From the NCBI GenBank assembly GCA_963741715.1, contig CAVUJA010000003.1:167854-231853 (forward strand): DNA of 64,000 bases. Direction: 5' to 3'. A program made the translations under genes and the position numbers. Source of the stretch: an uncultured Acidobacteriota bacterium. GTDB lineage: Bacteria > Acidobacteriota > Vicinamibacteria > Vicinamibacterales > Fen-181. Within the stretch, counting starts at the first letter, position 1. Each line of letters opens with the position of its first letter. Of this stretch, positions 1 through 10,629 are shown piece by piece. Under the pieces are notes generated by a model. It made no database searches. It had not been told where the DNA came from and was given only the letters and a program-made list of their open reading frames with translations.

Positions 1-1389
1 GGCGCGGGCCACGTGGCGCTCCTCGGTCCGCAGGTTGCCCACCGCCAGCCGCAGCGTGAACCGGCCATTCAGCTTGGTGTGCGACAGGAACACCTCGCCG
101 GTGGCGTTCAGCGCATCGAGCAGGCGCTGGTTGAGGGTGTCGAGTTCGGCCTCGGCCCACTCCCGGCCGCGCGGACGCGCACGAAAACAGACCACGCTGA
201 ACGGGACCGGCGCCAGCCGCTCGAAATCGGGCTCGGCGTCCACCCAGGCGCCGAAGAGCCGCGCCAGCCGCATGTGCTCGACCAGCCGCGCGCGAATGCC
301 CTCGGCGCCGAAGAACCTCAGGATCATCCAGAGCTTCAGCGCGCGAAACCGTCGGCCGAGCTGGACGCCGGTGTCCATCAGGTTCTTCACCGCGCCCTCT
401 TCGGTCGTTCGCAAGTACTCGGGCGTGAGCGAGAACGCCTGACGGAGCAGGTCCATCCGGCGACAGTAGAAGGCGCTCAGGTCGAACGGCGTGAACAGCC
501 ACTTGTGCGGGTTCATCACCATCGAGTCGGCGCGCTCGACGCCGTGCAGGATGTGGCGATGCTCGGGAACGATCGCCGCCGACCCGCCGTACGCGCAGTC
601 CACGTGCAGCCACGCCTGCTCGCCGGCGCAGATGTCGGCGATCGCGTCCACCGGATCGACGCTCGTCGTGGACGTCGTCCCCACCGTGGCCACGACCGCC
701 ATGGGCACCAGTCCCGCCGCGCGGTCCTCGGCCATCGCGCGCCCGAGCGCGTCGGGCCGCATGCGGAAGTCGGCGTCCGACTCGATCCGCCGCAGGTTCT
801 CGTGCCCGAGGCCGAGCAGGATGACCGCCTTGTCGATCGACGAGTGCGCCTGATCGGAGCAGTAGACCCGGTATCGCGGCAGCTCGGGCCGGCCGGCCAT
901 GCCGGCCTGCCGCACGCGGGCAATCGCCGCCTCGCGCGCCGTCGCCAGCGCGTGCAGGCTGGACATCGACGCGGTGTCGTAGATCACGCCCTCGAACGAG
1001 TCGGGCAGTCCCACGAGCTGGCGGAGCCACCCGAGCGCGACTGCCTCGAGCTCGGTGACCGAAGGTGACGTGCGCCAGAGCATGCCCTGGGCGTTCAGCG
1101 CGGCCGACAGGAACTCGGCCAGCACGCCGGGACCGCTGCCGGTGATCGCGAAATACGCGAAGAAGCCCGGGTGGTTCCAGTGCGTGATTCCGGGAACGAT
1201 CAGCTTGTCGAAGTCCGCGAGAATCGCGGCGAAGTCCTCGGCCTGCTCGGGGGCGTGCGCGGGCAGCGACCGCTCGATGTCGCCCGGCTTCACCCGCGAC
1301 AGCACCGGGTACCGTTCCGGGTGGGCGAAGTACTCGGCAATCCAGTCGACGACGCGATAGCCTTCCCGCCGGAAGACCTCGGGGTCCAT
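1..1389 (-). CDS. PLP-dependent group II decarboxylase (aromatic-L-amino-acid decarboxylase family), 3' end outside window
   Basis: Not in the ORF track. Manual translation from ATG 1389 gives MDPEVFRREGYRVVDWIAEY...PGITHWNHPGFFAYF...HVDCAYGG...NPHKWLF (PLP lysine motif). An in-frame GTG at 1419 overlaps the upstream stop and is an alternative start. Confidence 0.9.
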   Translation of the reverse strand, partial: MDPEVFRREGYRVVDWIAEYFAHPERYPVLSRVKPGDIERSLPAHAPEQAEDFAAILADFDKLIVPGITHWNHPGFFAYFAITGSGPGVLAEFLSAALNAQGMLWRTSPSVTELEAVALGWLRQLVGLPDSFEGVIYDTASMSSLHALATAREAAIARVRQAGMAGRPELPRYRVYCSDQAHSSIDKAVILLGLGHENLRRIESDADFRMRPDALGRAMAEDRAAGLVPMAVVATVGTTSTTSVDPVDAIADICAGEQAWLHVDCAYGGSAAIVPEHRHILHGVERADSMVMNPHKWLFTPFDLSAFYCRRMDLLRQAFSLTPEYLRTTEEGAVKNLMDTGVQLGRRFRALKLWMILRFFGAEGIRARLVEHMRLARLFGAWVDAEPDFERLAPVPFSVVCFRARPRGREWAEAELDTLNQRLLDALNATGEVFLSHTKLNGRFTLRLAVGNLRTEERHVARA

Positions 1390-1415
1390 GTCTCCCGTGT
1401 CGCGCCGACCGTCCG

Positions 1416-2021
1416 TCACGGACGCCCCTTGGCGTGCGCCTTGATGTAGTCGAGGATGAACGTCCGCAGCGGCTCGCTGGCGTTCTTCGACAAGTCGGGA
1501 AGCTCGTTCATCGCCTTCTCGACCGGCCAGCCGTCGATCAGCACGCGCTTGACGGCCCAGAACTGCGAGGCCCGGGTGCCGCTGGCGCAGTGCAGCATCA
1601 TCGGCTGGTTCTCGGGAGCCGCCACCAGCCTGAGGAACTCGTCGAGCTGTTTCGGATCCGGCTTCGCGGTCACGAAGGGCAGGTGGTAGTACTTCAGCCC
1701 GGCCTCCTTCGCGTACTTCTGTGCCTCCTCGACGTTCACCCCCGCCTCGGACGCGTCGCGGAGATTGACGATGGATGCGTAGCCGGCCTGCTTCAGCGCG
1801 GCATAGGCCTCGGGCGACAGGGCGCCCCCGCAGGCCAGGGTGGCATCGACTTTCGTGTAGTTGCGGACGCCGGCCACGGCGTCCTTCGCGGGCGCCGGTG
1901 CTTGTGAGGCGGCCTGCGGCGCGGCGGCCTGGCGCGCTTCGAGCGGCGCCGCGGCGCCGATCAGGGTGAAGACGGAGAGGAAGAAGAGGACGGAGCGGGC
2001 ATGGCGGTTGATGGTCGACAT
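1416..2021 (-). CDS. Secreted DUF442/Blh-like (PTP-fold) sulfurtransferase/phosphatase-like protein
   Basis: Signal-peptide-like N-terminus, IVNLR motif and HCASGTRA (CX5R-type) loop. Confidence 0.7.
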   Translation of the reverse strand: MSTINRHARSVLFFLSVFTLIGAAAPLEARQAAAPQAASQAPAPAKDAVAGVRNYTKVDATLACGGALSPEAYAALKQAGYASIVNLRDASEAGVNVEEAQKYAKEAGLKYYHLPFVTAKPDPKQLDEFLRLVAAPENQPMMLHCASGTRASQFWAVKRVLIDGWPVEKAMNELPDLSKNASEPLRTFILDYIKAHAKGRP

Positions 2022-2046
2022 GCCCGCATTGTAGCCAATCCGGCGG

Positions 2047-3126
2047 CTACTTTTCGACGGTCACCGCGATCGGCGCCTGGGTTCGGACGCTCACCGTCGT
2101 GCCGGCGGGAAGCACGACGGCCATCCGGTCGGAGGTCATCGCCGCTGCCGTGCCGCCGGCGGCCCCGATGCCGCTGCCTATCGCCGCGCCCTTGCCGCCG
2201 CCGATGATCGCGCCGATGATCGCGCCGCCAATCGCAGCGCCGCCGATCTTCGCCGAGGCCTTGTTTCCCGGCGATTCGCTCTCCCGGTAGAGCGTGTCGG
2301 TGCTGATCGGCATCTTGGTGCCGTCGGCGAGCACGAGCGTGTGAAAGCGGATGCCGATCCGCGCCCGATCCTTCATCTTGCCGCCCCGCTCCACCAGCAT
2401 CACCGAGCCGACCACGCGAGCGCCGGCCGGGATCGCCACCCGGCCCCTCACGCGCACGTCGCGCGTGACGTGCGCGTCCACCCGGTCCTCGAGCCGAGCC
2501 TGTTCGGTGTTCAGCGTCGATTCGAGCTGCAGGCCCAGCACGGACTCGGCGGGGACCACCAGTTCTTCCCACAGGTTCACGTTGTCGTGCACCTGGGCGT
2601 CGAGGTCGGGCCGAACGGGCTCGGCGCTCCCGAAACCGCCGGAAACGGGCACCGCGGTGGTCGTTGGGGGACCCGGCCACGGCCGCTGGGCGACCGAGCC
2701 AGGATCGACGGGGACCGGCTGGGGCGCCGGCACGGCCACCGGGCTGGTGCCCTGAGCCGCCAACGGCAGATCGGTCGGTTGGGCCGTCACAGGGGGAGCC
2801 TCTACCTTCGGTTCACGCCTCGCCTGCGCCTTCTGGTCGGACTTTGCGGGCGTCGCCCGCGTCGGAGCGCTGGCGGCAGGCGCTTCAAAACCGCCAACCC
2901 GGGCCGTACCCTGGTCCCCGGCGGCACTCGGAACGGTAGGAATTGTGGACGTCGCCTGTCCTGACTCTACGGGTAGGGGCGCAGAGGGGATGGCAGGCGC
3001 GCGCGCCGACGCCGCCGCCGACGCCGCAGAGCGGGCATTATGCAGTGTGGCGACGTAGGCGCCGCCTCCGGCCGCGACCACGCACGCGCCAACGAGGAGG
3101 CCAAACGCCAACGGCTTGGATACCAT
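2047..3126 (-). CDS. Membrane-anchored hypothetical protein with Pro/Ala linker, TrbI/VirB10-like beta domain and glycine zipper
   Basis: ATG 3126 with GGAG upstream. N-terminal TM, low-complexity linker, IPAGARVVGSV and GGAAIGGAIIGAIIGGGKGAAIG. Confidence 0.6.
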   Translation of the reverse strand: MVSKPLAFGLLVGACVVAAGGGAYVATLHNARSAASAAASARAPAIPSAPLPVESGQATSTIPTVPSAAGDQGTARVGGFEAPAASAPTRATPAKSDQKAQARREPKVEAPPVTAQPTDLPLAAQGTSPVAVPAPQPVPVDPGSVAQRPWPGPPTTTAVPVSGGFGSAEPVRPDLDAQVHDNVNLWEELVVPAESVLGLQLESTLNTEQARLEDRVDAHVTRDVRVRGRVAIPAGARVVGSVMLVERGGKMKDRARIGIRFHTLVLADGTKMPISTDTLYRESESPGNKASAKIGGAAIGGAIIGAIIGGGKGAAIGSGIGAAGGTAAAMTSDRMAVVLPAGTTVSVRTQAPIAVTVEK

Positions 3127-3327
3127 GGAGAACTCCTGACATCTTCCGCCAGAGCAATAGCCGTACCCGGGCCCGCCGCCGGATTCCCGCGGTTTTCGCA
3201 AGCCGGAGGCAATCTTGCGAGGTTTTCGGTCAATCGGTCGTCACCCTCAGTGGTCAGCCTGTCTCCGGCGGGGGAATGGGGCGTCGCCTGTCCCCGTCGC
3301 CCCCGATTCGTGCGATCATCGTGTGGC

Positions 3328-4101
3328 GTGAAGCTGCTCGACGAGATTCCCCGTTCCGGCGACGTGCTCTTCCGCTGGCGGGGCCAGCTGCCCCTCCTGT
3401 TGCTGCCCCTGTTCCTGCTGGGCCTGGCCGACGCGCGGCTGCCGGCGACGCTGCCGCCGGCGCTGCGGGCGTGGCAGCTGGTGTCCCTGGCGATCGCGCT
3501 CTCGGGGCTCGCGGTGCGCGTCGCCGCCATTGGCACCGCCCCGGCGGGGACGTCGGAGCGGAGCACCACCAACCCCCGCGCCTCGATGCTGCGCACGACG
3601 GGGCTCTACTCGGTGGTGCGGCACCCGCTCTACCTGGGCAACACGCTGACCGCCATCGGCTTCGCCTGCTTCACGACGACGTGGTACGTTCCTATTCTCG
3701 TCGCGCTGCTCGGCATCCTCTACCACGAGCGGATTGCGGCGCGCGAGGAAGTCTTTCTCGAGGGCCGGTTCGGGGACGCGTTCCGCCGGTGGGCCGAGCG
3801 TGTGCCCGCGATGATTCCGCGGTGGTCGCTCTTCGAGCGGTCCGCCACGCCGTTCGTCTGGCGCCGGGTTCTCGGACGCGAATTCCACGGCCTGCTCGTG
3901 ATCGGATCGGTGCTCCTCGTCCTGGACCTCGCGCGCTCCGCGATGGCGACCGGCCGGACCGTGTTCGACCCCTTCTGGACCGGCTTCTTCCTCCTCACCG
4001 CCGTCGTCTTCGTCGTCTGCAGCCTGCTGAAGAAGCACACCGCCGTTCTCAGAGTGGACGAGCCGGGCGAAGACGCACTGGCCGCAGGCAACCAGACGTG
4101 A
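3328..4101 (+). CDS. Isoprenylcysteine carboxyl methyltransferase family membrane methyltransferase (LmtA lipid A phosphate O-methyltransferase-like)
   Basis: GTG 3328. LFRWR N-terminus, GLYSVVRHPLYLGN motif, REEVFLEGRFG, multiple TM segments. Confidence 0.75.
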   Translation: MKLLDEIPRSGDVLFRWRGQLPLLLLPLFLLGLADARLPATLPPALRAWQLVSLAIALSGLAVRVAAIGTAPAGTSERSTTNPRASMLRTTGLYSVVRHPLYLGNTLTAIGFACFTTTWYVPILVALLGILYHERIAAREEVFLEGRFGDAFRRWAERVPAMIPRWSLFERSATPFVWRRVLGREFHGLLVIGSVLLVLDLARSAMATGRTVFDPFWTGFFLLTAVVFVVCSLLKKHTAVLRVDEPGEDALAAGNQT

Positions 4102-4165
4102 TTGGCCGGACCGCTCCTTGAGGCCGACGTGCTCCTGCGGCCCGCGAGCCGCTTTCGAGGTCCCC

Positions 4166-4450
4166 ATGTCCCTGCTGACTCCCGACGACATCGGGCGGCG
4201 CTTGGCGTCGCTCGCCGGCTGGCGCTTCGACCGCGGCGCCATCGTGAAGACGTTCACCTTCGGCGGCTTCCCCGAGGCCGTCGCGTTCGTGAGCCGGCTG
4301 GTACCCGGCGCCGAGGCGGCCGACCACCATCCAGACATCGAGATCCACTACAAGCGGGTGACGCTGAGCTACTCGACGCACAGCGAGGGCGGCGTGACGG
4401 AGAAGGATCTGGCGGGTGCCTCGATGGCCGACGGACTGGCGGCGGCCTGA
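4166..4450 (+). CDS. phhB: Pterin-4-alpha-carbinolamine dehydratase
   Basis: AEAADHHPDI, STHSEGGVTEKD motifs; GAGG RBS before ATG 4166. Confidence 0.9.
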   Translation: MSLLTPDDIGRRLASLAGWRFDRGAIVKTFTFGGFPEAVAFVSRLVPGAEAADHHPDIEIHYKRVTLSYSTHSEGGVTEKDLAGASMADGLAAA

Positions 4451-4541
4451 GCGGCGGGCCCGGTGAGGTTGGCGCGGGGTTTTCCCTTGTGCTATAACCC
4501 GCGGGTCTGACTTTCCCCTTGCGGACAACAGGAGGTTTCCG

Positions 4542-7482
4542 ATGCTCACGCGCCTCGAGCGCTTGTTCTTCATCGTCTGCCTGCTCGGGCTTGCCGTCGG
4601 CGGAACGCCGGTCGGTACTGTCGGGCACCGGCGCCCTGCAGGCCAGGCCGGCGGCGGCCGGGCAGAAGATCGACGCCGAGTACACCGCCAAGATCAAGGA
4701 ATACACGCAGGATCCGCGGATCCTGACCGAGCTGGTCGATCACCTGCCCGCCTCGGCCACCGTCCCCAGCCCGATGAAGTTCCTCGGACGAATCGTCGGG
4801 ACGCCGGACGAGCTGACGTACTACAAGGACATCAAGGCCTACTTCGAAGCGCTGGCCAAGGCCGCGCCCGGCCGCGCCAGGCTGTTCACGATCGGCAAGA
4901 GCGAAGAAGGCCGCGACATGATCGTGATGGCGATTGCCGACGAAGCCACGATCAAGGCCCTCGACAAGTACAAGAAGATCCTGGCCGACCTGACGGACCC
5001 GCGGAAACTGACCGATGCGCAGGCGAGGGCGCTGGTCGCGTCGGGCAAACCGATCTACTGGGCGAGCGGCAACCTGCACTCGAGCGAGACCGGCAGCGCC
5101 GAAATGCAGATGGAGCTCGCGTATCGCCTGCTGGTCGAGGAGACGCCGTTCATCCAGAACATCAGGAACAACGTCATCGTCTTCCTGACGCCGGTGGTCG
5201 AGGTGGACGGCCGCGAGAAGGTGGTGGACAACCTCTACTACCAGAAGAAGACCGGCAAGCGCATGCCGCTGATCTGGTGGGGCCAGTACGTCGCGCACGA
5301 CAACAACCGCGACGGCCTCGGCCTCGGGCTGAACATCACGCGCACCTTCCTGAAGACCTACCTCGAGTGGCACCCGACGGTCCTGCACGACCTGCACGAG
5401 TCGCAGGACTACTTGTATGCCTCCACCGGCGCCGGGCCCTACAACACGGCGGTGGACCCGGTGCTCACCAACGAGTGGTGGCAGCTCGCGGAATACGAGG
5501 TCGCCGAGATGACCAAGCGCGGCGTGCCGGGCGTGTGGACCGGCTCGTTCTACGACGGGTGGACGCCGAACTACCTGTTCTGGATCGCCAACCTGCACAA
5601 CTCGATCGGGCGCTTCTACGAGACCGAGAGCTACGGCCCGCAGAACCGCGAGCTGACGACCGACCTGAGCAGGGAGTGGTATCGCCCGAACCCGCCGCTC
5701 CGGACCATCAAGTGGGGCCCGCGCAACAACGTCAACATCCAGCAGTCGGCGCTGCTGCTCGCGCTGCAGTTCACCGCGAAGAACCGCGAGATGCTGCTCG
5801 AGAACTACTGGCTGAAGAACAAGCGCGCGGTCGAAATGGGCAGGAGCGAGACGCCGAACGCGTGGGTAATCCCGGCCGGCCAGCGGCGGCGGGGCGAGGC
5901 GGCGAACTTCGTGAACCTGCTGCGGCTCGAGGGCGTCGAGGTCCACACGGCCAACGCGGCCTTCACGGCCGGCGGCATCAGCGTCGCGAAGGGCGATTAC
6001 GTCGTGCGGATGGATCAGCCCTACAGCCGCTGCGCGGTCAACTTCCTCGACACGCAGTTCTTCTCGCCGGCCAACCCCAGCCCGTACGACGACACCGGCT
6101 GGGCCATCCCGCTGGCGCGCAACGTCAAGGTGTCGAAGGTCGCCGACAAGACCGTGCTCGATCAGCCGATGACGCTGGTCGCTGCCGACGTGAAGATCCC
6201 CGGCGCCATCGTCGGCACCGGAAACGTGATCATCGTCGATCACAACGGCGACACGAGCGTTGCGCCGTTCCGCTTTGCCAACAAGGACGTGAAGATGCTG
6301 GCGGCGGAAGAAGCGTTCGAGGCGGGCGGCCGGAAGTTCGGCGCCGGCGCGTTCATCATTCCGAACGCGGACCGGGCGAAGATCGAAGCGTCGATCGACC
6401 AGTTCGGCCTCAGCGCGGTCGCCGTGGCGTCGGCGCCGACGGTCAAGTCTCACGAGCTGACGGTGCCGCGGATCGCGTTCGTGCACTCGTGGTCGAACAC
6501 GCAGAACGAGGGGTGGGTGCGCCTGGCCTTCGACAAACTGAAGATTCCCTACACCTACATCGGGGACACGAAGCTGCGCGAAGCCGGGCTGCGCCAGAAG
6601 TACGACGTGATCATCTTCCCGCACGTCGGCGGCACAGCCGAAGCGCAGGTGACCGGCGTGCAGGGCGCCGAGCCGATCCCCTACAAGAAAACGGAGTTGA
6701 CGCCCAACCTCGGCGTGCAGGACTCCGCGGACGACATCCGCGGCGGGATGGGGTTCGAGGGGCTGATCAACGTGATGAAGTTCGTGCAGGACGGCGGACT
6801 GCTGATCACGGAGGGATCGACCTCGACGATCTTCCCCGAATACCACCTGGTGAGCGGCGTCACCGTTGAAGAGCCGGCCGGCCTTTTCGCCCGCGGCGTG
6901 ATCCTGAAGGCGCAGTTCGCCGACCGCAAGAGCCCGATTGCCTACGGGTACGACAGCGACACCCTCGCGGTCTACTTCAGCCAGGCACCGGTGCTGAACG
7001 CGGGCGGCGGCGGATTCGCAGGCGGCGGCGGACGCGGCGGCGGCGCGGCCATCCCCGGCGTGGGGATGAACCTGAACCCTAATGCCGTGGCGCCTACGCT
7101 TGCGACGCTGGACGGCCCTGTCCCGGCGGCGGGCGGCGGGGGCCAGCGCGGCGCGATGCCTGGCGCTGCCGCGACGGGCCAAGGGCGGGGCGGGGCCGGC
7201 GCGGCGCCAGCCAACGCGTCCACCCGGCCGCGCGTCGTCCTGCGCTTCCCGGCCGATCCGAACGACATGCTGCTGAGCGGCGGGCTCGTCGGCCAGCAGG
7301 CTCTCACCGGGCGCGCGGTCGTGGTGGACTCGCCGCTCGGCCAGGGTCACGTGGTGATGTTCGCGAGCCGCCCGTTCTGGCGCTACCAGACGCACGGCAG
7401 CTTCAACCTGGCCTTCAACGCCATCCTCAACTGGAACCACCTGGAGGCGGGGCGGGAAGCGGCGCCTGCGGCCGGGCAGTAG
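4542..7482 (+). CDS. Secreted M14 zinc carboxypeptidase-family protein (apparent +1 frameshift at about 4614)
   Basis: GGAGG+ATG 4542 encodes a signal peptide (MLTRLERLFFIVCLLGLAVGG). The body (GKSEEGR, LHSSE, HDNNRD, HDLHE) is in the next frame. Deleting G4614 joins them. Confidence 0.8.
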
Positions 7483-7514
7483 GCGGCAGGCAGCAGACTG
7501 GCTGCCTGCTGTCG

Positions 7515-7563
7515 CTTGCGGCCTGCGGGCTGCGACTTGCGGCTCGCGACTTGCGGCTCGCGG
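7515..7563. repeat. Heptamer tandem array (CTTGCGG family, 7 units)
   Basis: cttgcgg cctgcgg gctgcga cttgcgg ctcgcga cttgcgg ctcgcgg, preceded by a GC hairpin (about 7483-7513) just after the stop codon. Confidence 0.85.
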
Positions 7564-7728
7564 CCGCGTCGCGTTCGTCGGCTGCGGCTCGGGCCTTCGG
7601 CCGGCTCGACATCGCGCGCAGGCAGATCATCACTCGCGGCCAGCTGACGGCTGACTGCTTTCCGGCGGACCCCGGCCCGCGCTGCAGAATCGTCCGCGGG
7701 CCATGCCGCCCGCTCGAAGGAATCTTCC

Positions 7729-8901
7729 ATGGACCACAAGTACGTCGTTCTCGGTGCCGGGCGCCAGGGTGTGGCGGCGGCCTACGATCTCGCGGTGTTC
7801 GGACGCGCGGAGAGCCTGGTCCTGCTCGATATCGACCCTGCCCTGGCGCAGGCTGGCGCGGCCAGGCTGAACGGGCTTCTCGGGAAGAAGGTCGCCTGCG
7901 GCTACCGGGTGGACGCTGCCGACGTGGCGGCGGTCGCTCCCCACCTGGACGGCGCAACCGGCCTCATCAGCTCGGTGCACTACACCTTCAACCTCGAAAT
8001 GACGAGGCTCGCCATCGCGAAGAAGGTCCATATGACCGACTTCGGCGGCAACACCGGCGTCGTCCGCCAGCAGTTGGCGCTCGACGCGGAGGCGGCCGCG
8101 GCGGGCGTGACGATCGTCCCTGATTGCGGCATGGGCCCCGGCCTGAACATCTCGCTCGGCACCTACGTGATGGAACTCGTGGAGGTGCCGGAGGAAGTGT
8201 TGATCTGGGACGGCGGCCTGCCGCAGGACCCCCAGGCGCCCTGGAACTACGTCAGCACGTTCAACCTCGGCGGCCTGACCAACGAGTACGACGGCGACGC
8301 GTTCTTCCTGCGCGACGGCACGGTGACACCGGTGCCGTGCTTCTCGGGCTACGAGGTGCTGGAGTTCCCCGAGCCGCTCGGCAAGCTCGAAGCCTTCGTC
8401 ACGTCGGGGGGCCTGTCGACTTCGCCGTGGACGTTCGAGGGCAAGCTGAAGCGGCTCGAGAACAAGACGCTTCGCTACCCGGGCCACGTGGCGCAGTTCA
8501 AGGCGTTTTCGGACCTCGGGCTGCTCGGCCTCGACGCGATTGCGGTCGGCAATCAACGGGTGGTGCCTCGCGATGTCTTCCACGCGCTGCTCGCGCCGCA
8601 GATCTGCAGAAGCGAGGTGAAGGACGTCTGCGTGATGCGCGTAAAGGGCGTTGGGACCACGAAAGGCAGGAAGGCCGAAGCCGTGGTGGAACTCGTCGAT
8701 CGCTACGACGAGAGGACCGGGTTCACCGCCATGCAGCGCCTCACCGGCTGGCACGGCTCGATCGTGCTGATTGCCGCGGTGAACGGCATGGTGCGCCGCG
8801 GGGCGGTGCCGGTGGAACTCGCGGTGCCTGGGAAGACGGTCGTGGACCAGTGCAAGCGTCGCGGGTTCGCGATCGCGGAACGGGTGACGGTGGGTCTGTA
8901 G
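7729..8901 (+). CDS. Saccharopine dehydrogenase / lysine 6-dehydrogenase family oxidoreductase
   Basis: VLGAGRQG Rossmann motif, PDCGMGPG, GGLPQDP, FVTSGGLST, KTLRYPGH. Confidence 0.85.
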   Translation: MDHKYVVLGAGRQGVAAAYDLAVFGRAESLVLLDIDPALAQAGAARLNGLLGKKVACGYRVDAADVAAVAPHLDGATGLISSVHYTFNLEMTRLAIAKKVHMTDFGGNTGVVRQQLALDAEAAAAGVTIVPDCGMGPGLNISLGTYVMELVEVPEEVLIWDGGLPQDPQAPWNYVSTFNLGGLTNEYDGDAFFLRDGTVTPVPCFSGYEVLEFPEPLGKLEAFVTSGGLSTSPWTFEGKLKRLENKTLRYPGHVAQFKAFSDLGLLGLDAIAVGNQRVVPRDVFHALLAPQICRSEVKDVCVMRVKGVGTTKGRKAEAVVELVDRYDERTGFTAMQRLTGWHGSIVLIAAVNGMVRRGAVPVELAVPGKTVVDQCKRRGFAIAERVTVGL

Positions 8902-8907
8902 AGGGGG

Positions 8908-9001
8908 GCTGGCGGCCGACGACTTGCGGCTGGCGGCCGATCGCACGCGTGACACGCGTAACGCGGCCGCAGGCCAAAAGCCGCAGGTCGCAGGCCGGAC
9001 G
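8908..9001. repeat. Inverted pair of heptamer arrays around central palindrome CACGCGTG
   Basis: gctggcg gccgacg acttgcg gctggcg ... cacgcgtg (8944-8951) ... ccgcagg ccaaaag ccgcagg tcgcagg. Confidence 0.75.
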
Positions 9002-9020
9002 GCGGCCGTAAGATGGTGCG

Positions 9021-9992
9021 ATGACATCCGAGGTAGCGGCCGCGACCGGGGAACTGCTGGAGGAGATCCTCGACGGGACCTTCCCGGTTTGGGGGGAAGG
9101 TCTCACGCGGGAGGCCTACGGCAGGTACAACCGGGCCCAGCTCGCCACCCCGTGGGGCGCCGCCCACCTGCAGCGCGTCGCCCTCGTGGATGGCGGCCGG
9201 CTGCTCGCCACGGCGAAGCGCTATCGGCTCGAGGCGCTCGTCGAGCACCGGCCCGTGAAGATGCTCGGGCTCGGGGCGGTGTTCACGCCCGAGGCCAGGC
9301 GCGGCCACGGCTACGCGGGCGAGCTGCTGCGCCGCATGCTCGAGAAGGCGGCCGAAGACGGCTACGGCCTCTCGCTGCTGTTCTCCGAGATCGACCCGCA
9401 CTACTACGAGCGCCTGGGCTTCCGCCGGCTTCCAGTCAACCAGGTGGCGCTGTCCGTCGGTCCGCTCAGGCGGCCGGGCACGCCCGCCATCCCGATGCGC
9501 TCGGGCGACTTCGGCGACCTCCCGTCTATCGTCGAGATGAACCGCGTCCAGGCCGGGCGATTCCGCTTCGCGCTGTCCCGCGAGCCCGACTACGTCCGCC
9601 ACGCCATCACCCGGAAGCGCCTGCTGGCCGCGTGCGGCCCCCCCGGCCATCGCAAGGTGGAGTTCTTCGTCGTCGAGGAGGGCGGGCGCGCGGCCGCCTA
9701 CGTGGTCCTGCTCGAGGTCGGCGAGTTCTTCATGATCACCGAGTGCGGCGACCGCGACCCGTCGGGCGCGCGCGTCGGGGCGATGCTGCAGGCGATCATC
9801 GCGCGAGACCCGGCAAGGGTCATGCGCCTGCGCGGCTGGCTGCCGCCGGGGTTCCTGCCGCCGCAACTCGAGATCTCCGCCCACGAGCTCTCGCCGGTAA
9901 CGATGATGATGCGCCCGCTGGGAGCGAAGGTATGGCCCGCTGCGCCGCTGGGTCCGCACGAGATCGCGTGGTGGCACGCGGACGCCTTCTGA
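9021..9992 (+). CDS. GNAT family N-acetyltransferase
   Basis: LGAVFTPEARRGHGYAG acetyl-CoA motif A; LFSEIDPHYYERLGF. Confidence 0.85.
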   Translation: MTSEVAAATGELLEEILDGTFPVWGEGLTREAYGRYNRAQLATPWGAAHLQRVALVDGGRLLATAKRYRLEALVEHRPVKMLGLGAVFTPEARRGHGYAGELLRRMLEKAAEDGYGLSLLFSEIDPHYYERLGFRRLPVNQVALSVGPLRRPGTPAIPMRSGDFGDLPSIVEMNRVQAGRFRFALSREPDYVRHAITRKRLLAACGPPGHRKVEFFVVEEGGRAAAYVVLLEVGEFFMITECGDRDPSGARVGAMLQAIIARDPARVMRLRGWLPPGFLPPQLEISAHELSPVTMMMRPLGAKVWPAAPLGPHEIAWWHADAF

Positions 9993-9994
9993 GC

Positions 9995-10060
9995 GACCTG
10001 CGGCTTGCGACCTGCTTTCGACCTGCGGCAGAACGACCTGCGGACTTCGACACTGCTCAG
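9995..10060. repeat. Degenerate GACCTGC/GGCTTGC heptamer array
   Basis: gacctgc ggcttgc gacctgc tttc gacctgc ... gacctgc directly after the GNAT stop. Confidence 0.65.
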
Positions 10061-10157
10061 GTGGAGGGCGCCGGCCGGCCGGCGACGTCCGCCTCTCCGC
10101 TCTCTGGTATCCTGAAGTTCCAGGCATCACCTCGGACCGATTCCGGCGGAGGCGCGA

Positions 10158-10535
10158 ATGTCCCCGGCCAGCGTTGCCCTCGAGTCGATCGGTCAGATCT
10201 CGATCATCGTGAAGGACGTCGAGCGCGCGAGGAACTTCTATCGCGACACGCTCGGCATGAAGTTCCTCTTCGAGTTCCCGGGCATGGCGTTCTTCGACTG
10301 CGGCGGCGTGCGGCTCTACCTTGCGCGCGCCGACAAGCCGGAACTCGGCACCTCCATCCTCTACTACCGCGTGGCCGACATTCGGGCCGCGGTTTCGGGG
10401 CTGGAGGCGCACGGCGTCACCTCCCTGCAGCAGCCGTCGAAAGTCCACGAGGACGACCGCCACGAACTCTGGCTCGCGTTCTTCAAGGACTCGGAGGAGA
10501 ACACGGTCGGGCTGATGAGCGAGGTGGCCAGGTAG
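10158..10535 (+). CDS. VOC/glyoxalase family protein
   Basis: IGQISIIVKDVERARNFYRDTLGM; AFFKDSEENTVGLMSE. Confidence 0.85.
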   Translation: MSPASVALESIGQISIIVKDVERARNFYRDTLGMKFLFEFPGMAFFDCGGVRLYLARADKPELGTSILYYRVADIRAAVSGLEAHGVTSLQQPSKVHEDDRHELWLAFFKDSEENTVGLMSEVAR

Positions 10536-10629
10536 CGTTCCGGTCGGTCGCCACAGACGGGGCCGGTTCCGGCCTTCCTGTTGAGCGATAATGGGATGAT
10601 CCCATCGTCAACCGGGGACGGAGGAGTCG

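Noticed and set aside
2047-3126. Type IV secretion/conjugation locus, suggested by the TrbI/VirB10-like domain
   Set aside because: Solitary gene with no other T4SS components.
6990-7230. Gly/Ala-rich repeat-like segment in the M14 peptidase
   Set aside because: Ordinary low-complexity GGRG-type linker with codon-level periodicity only.
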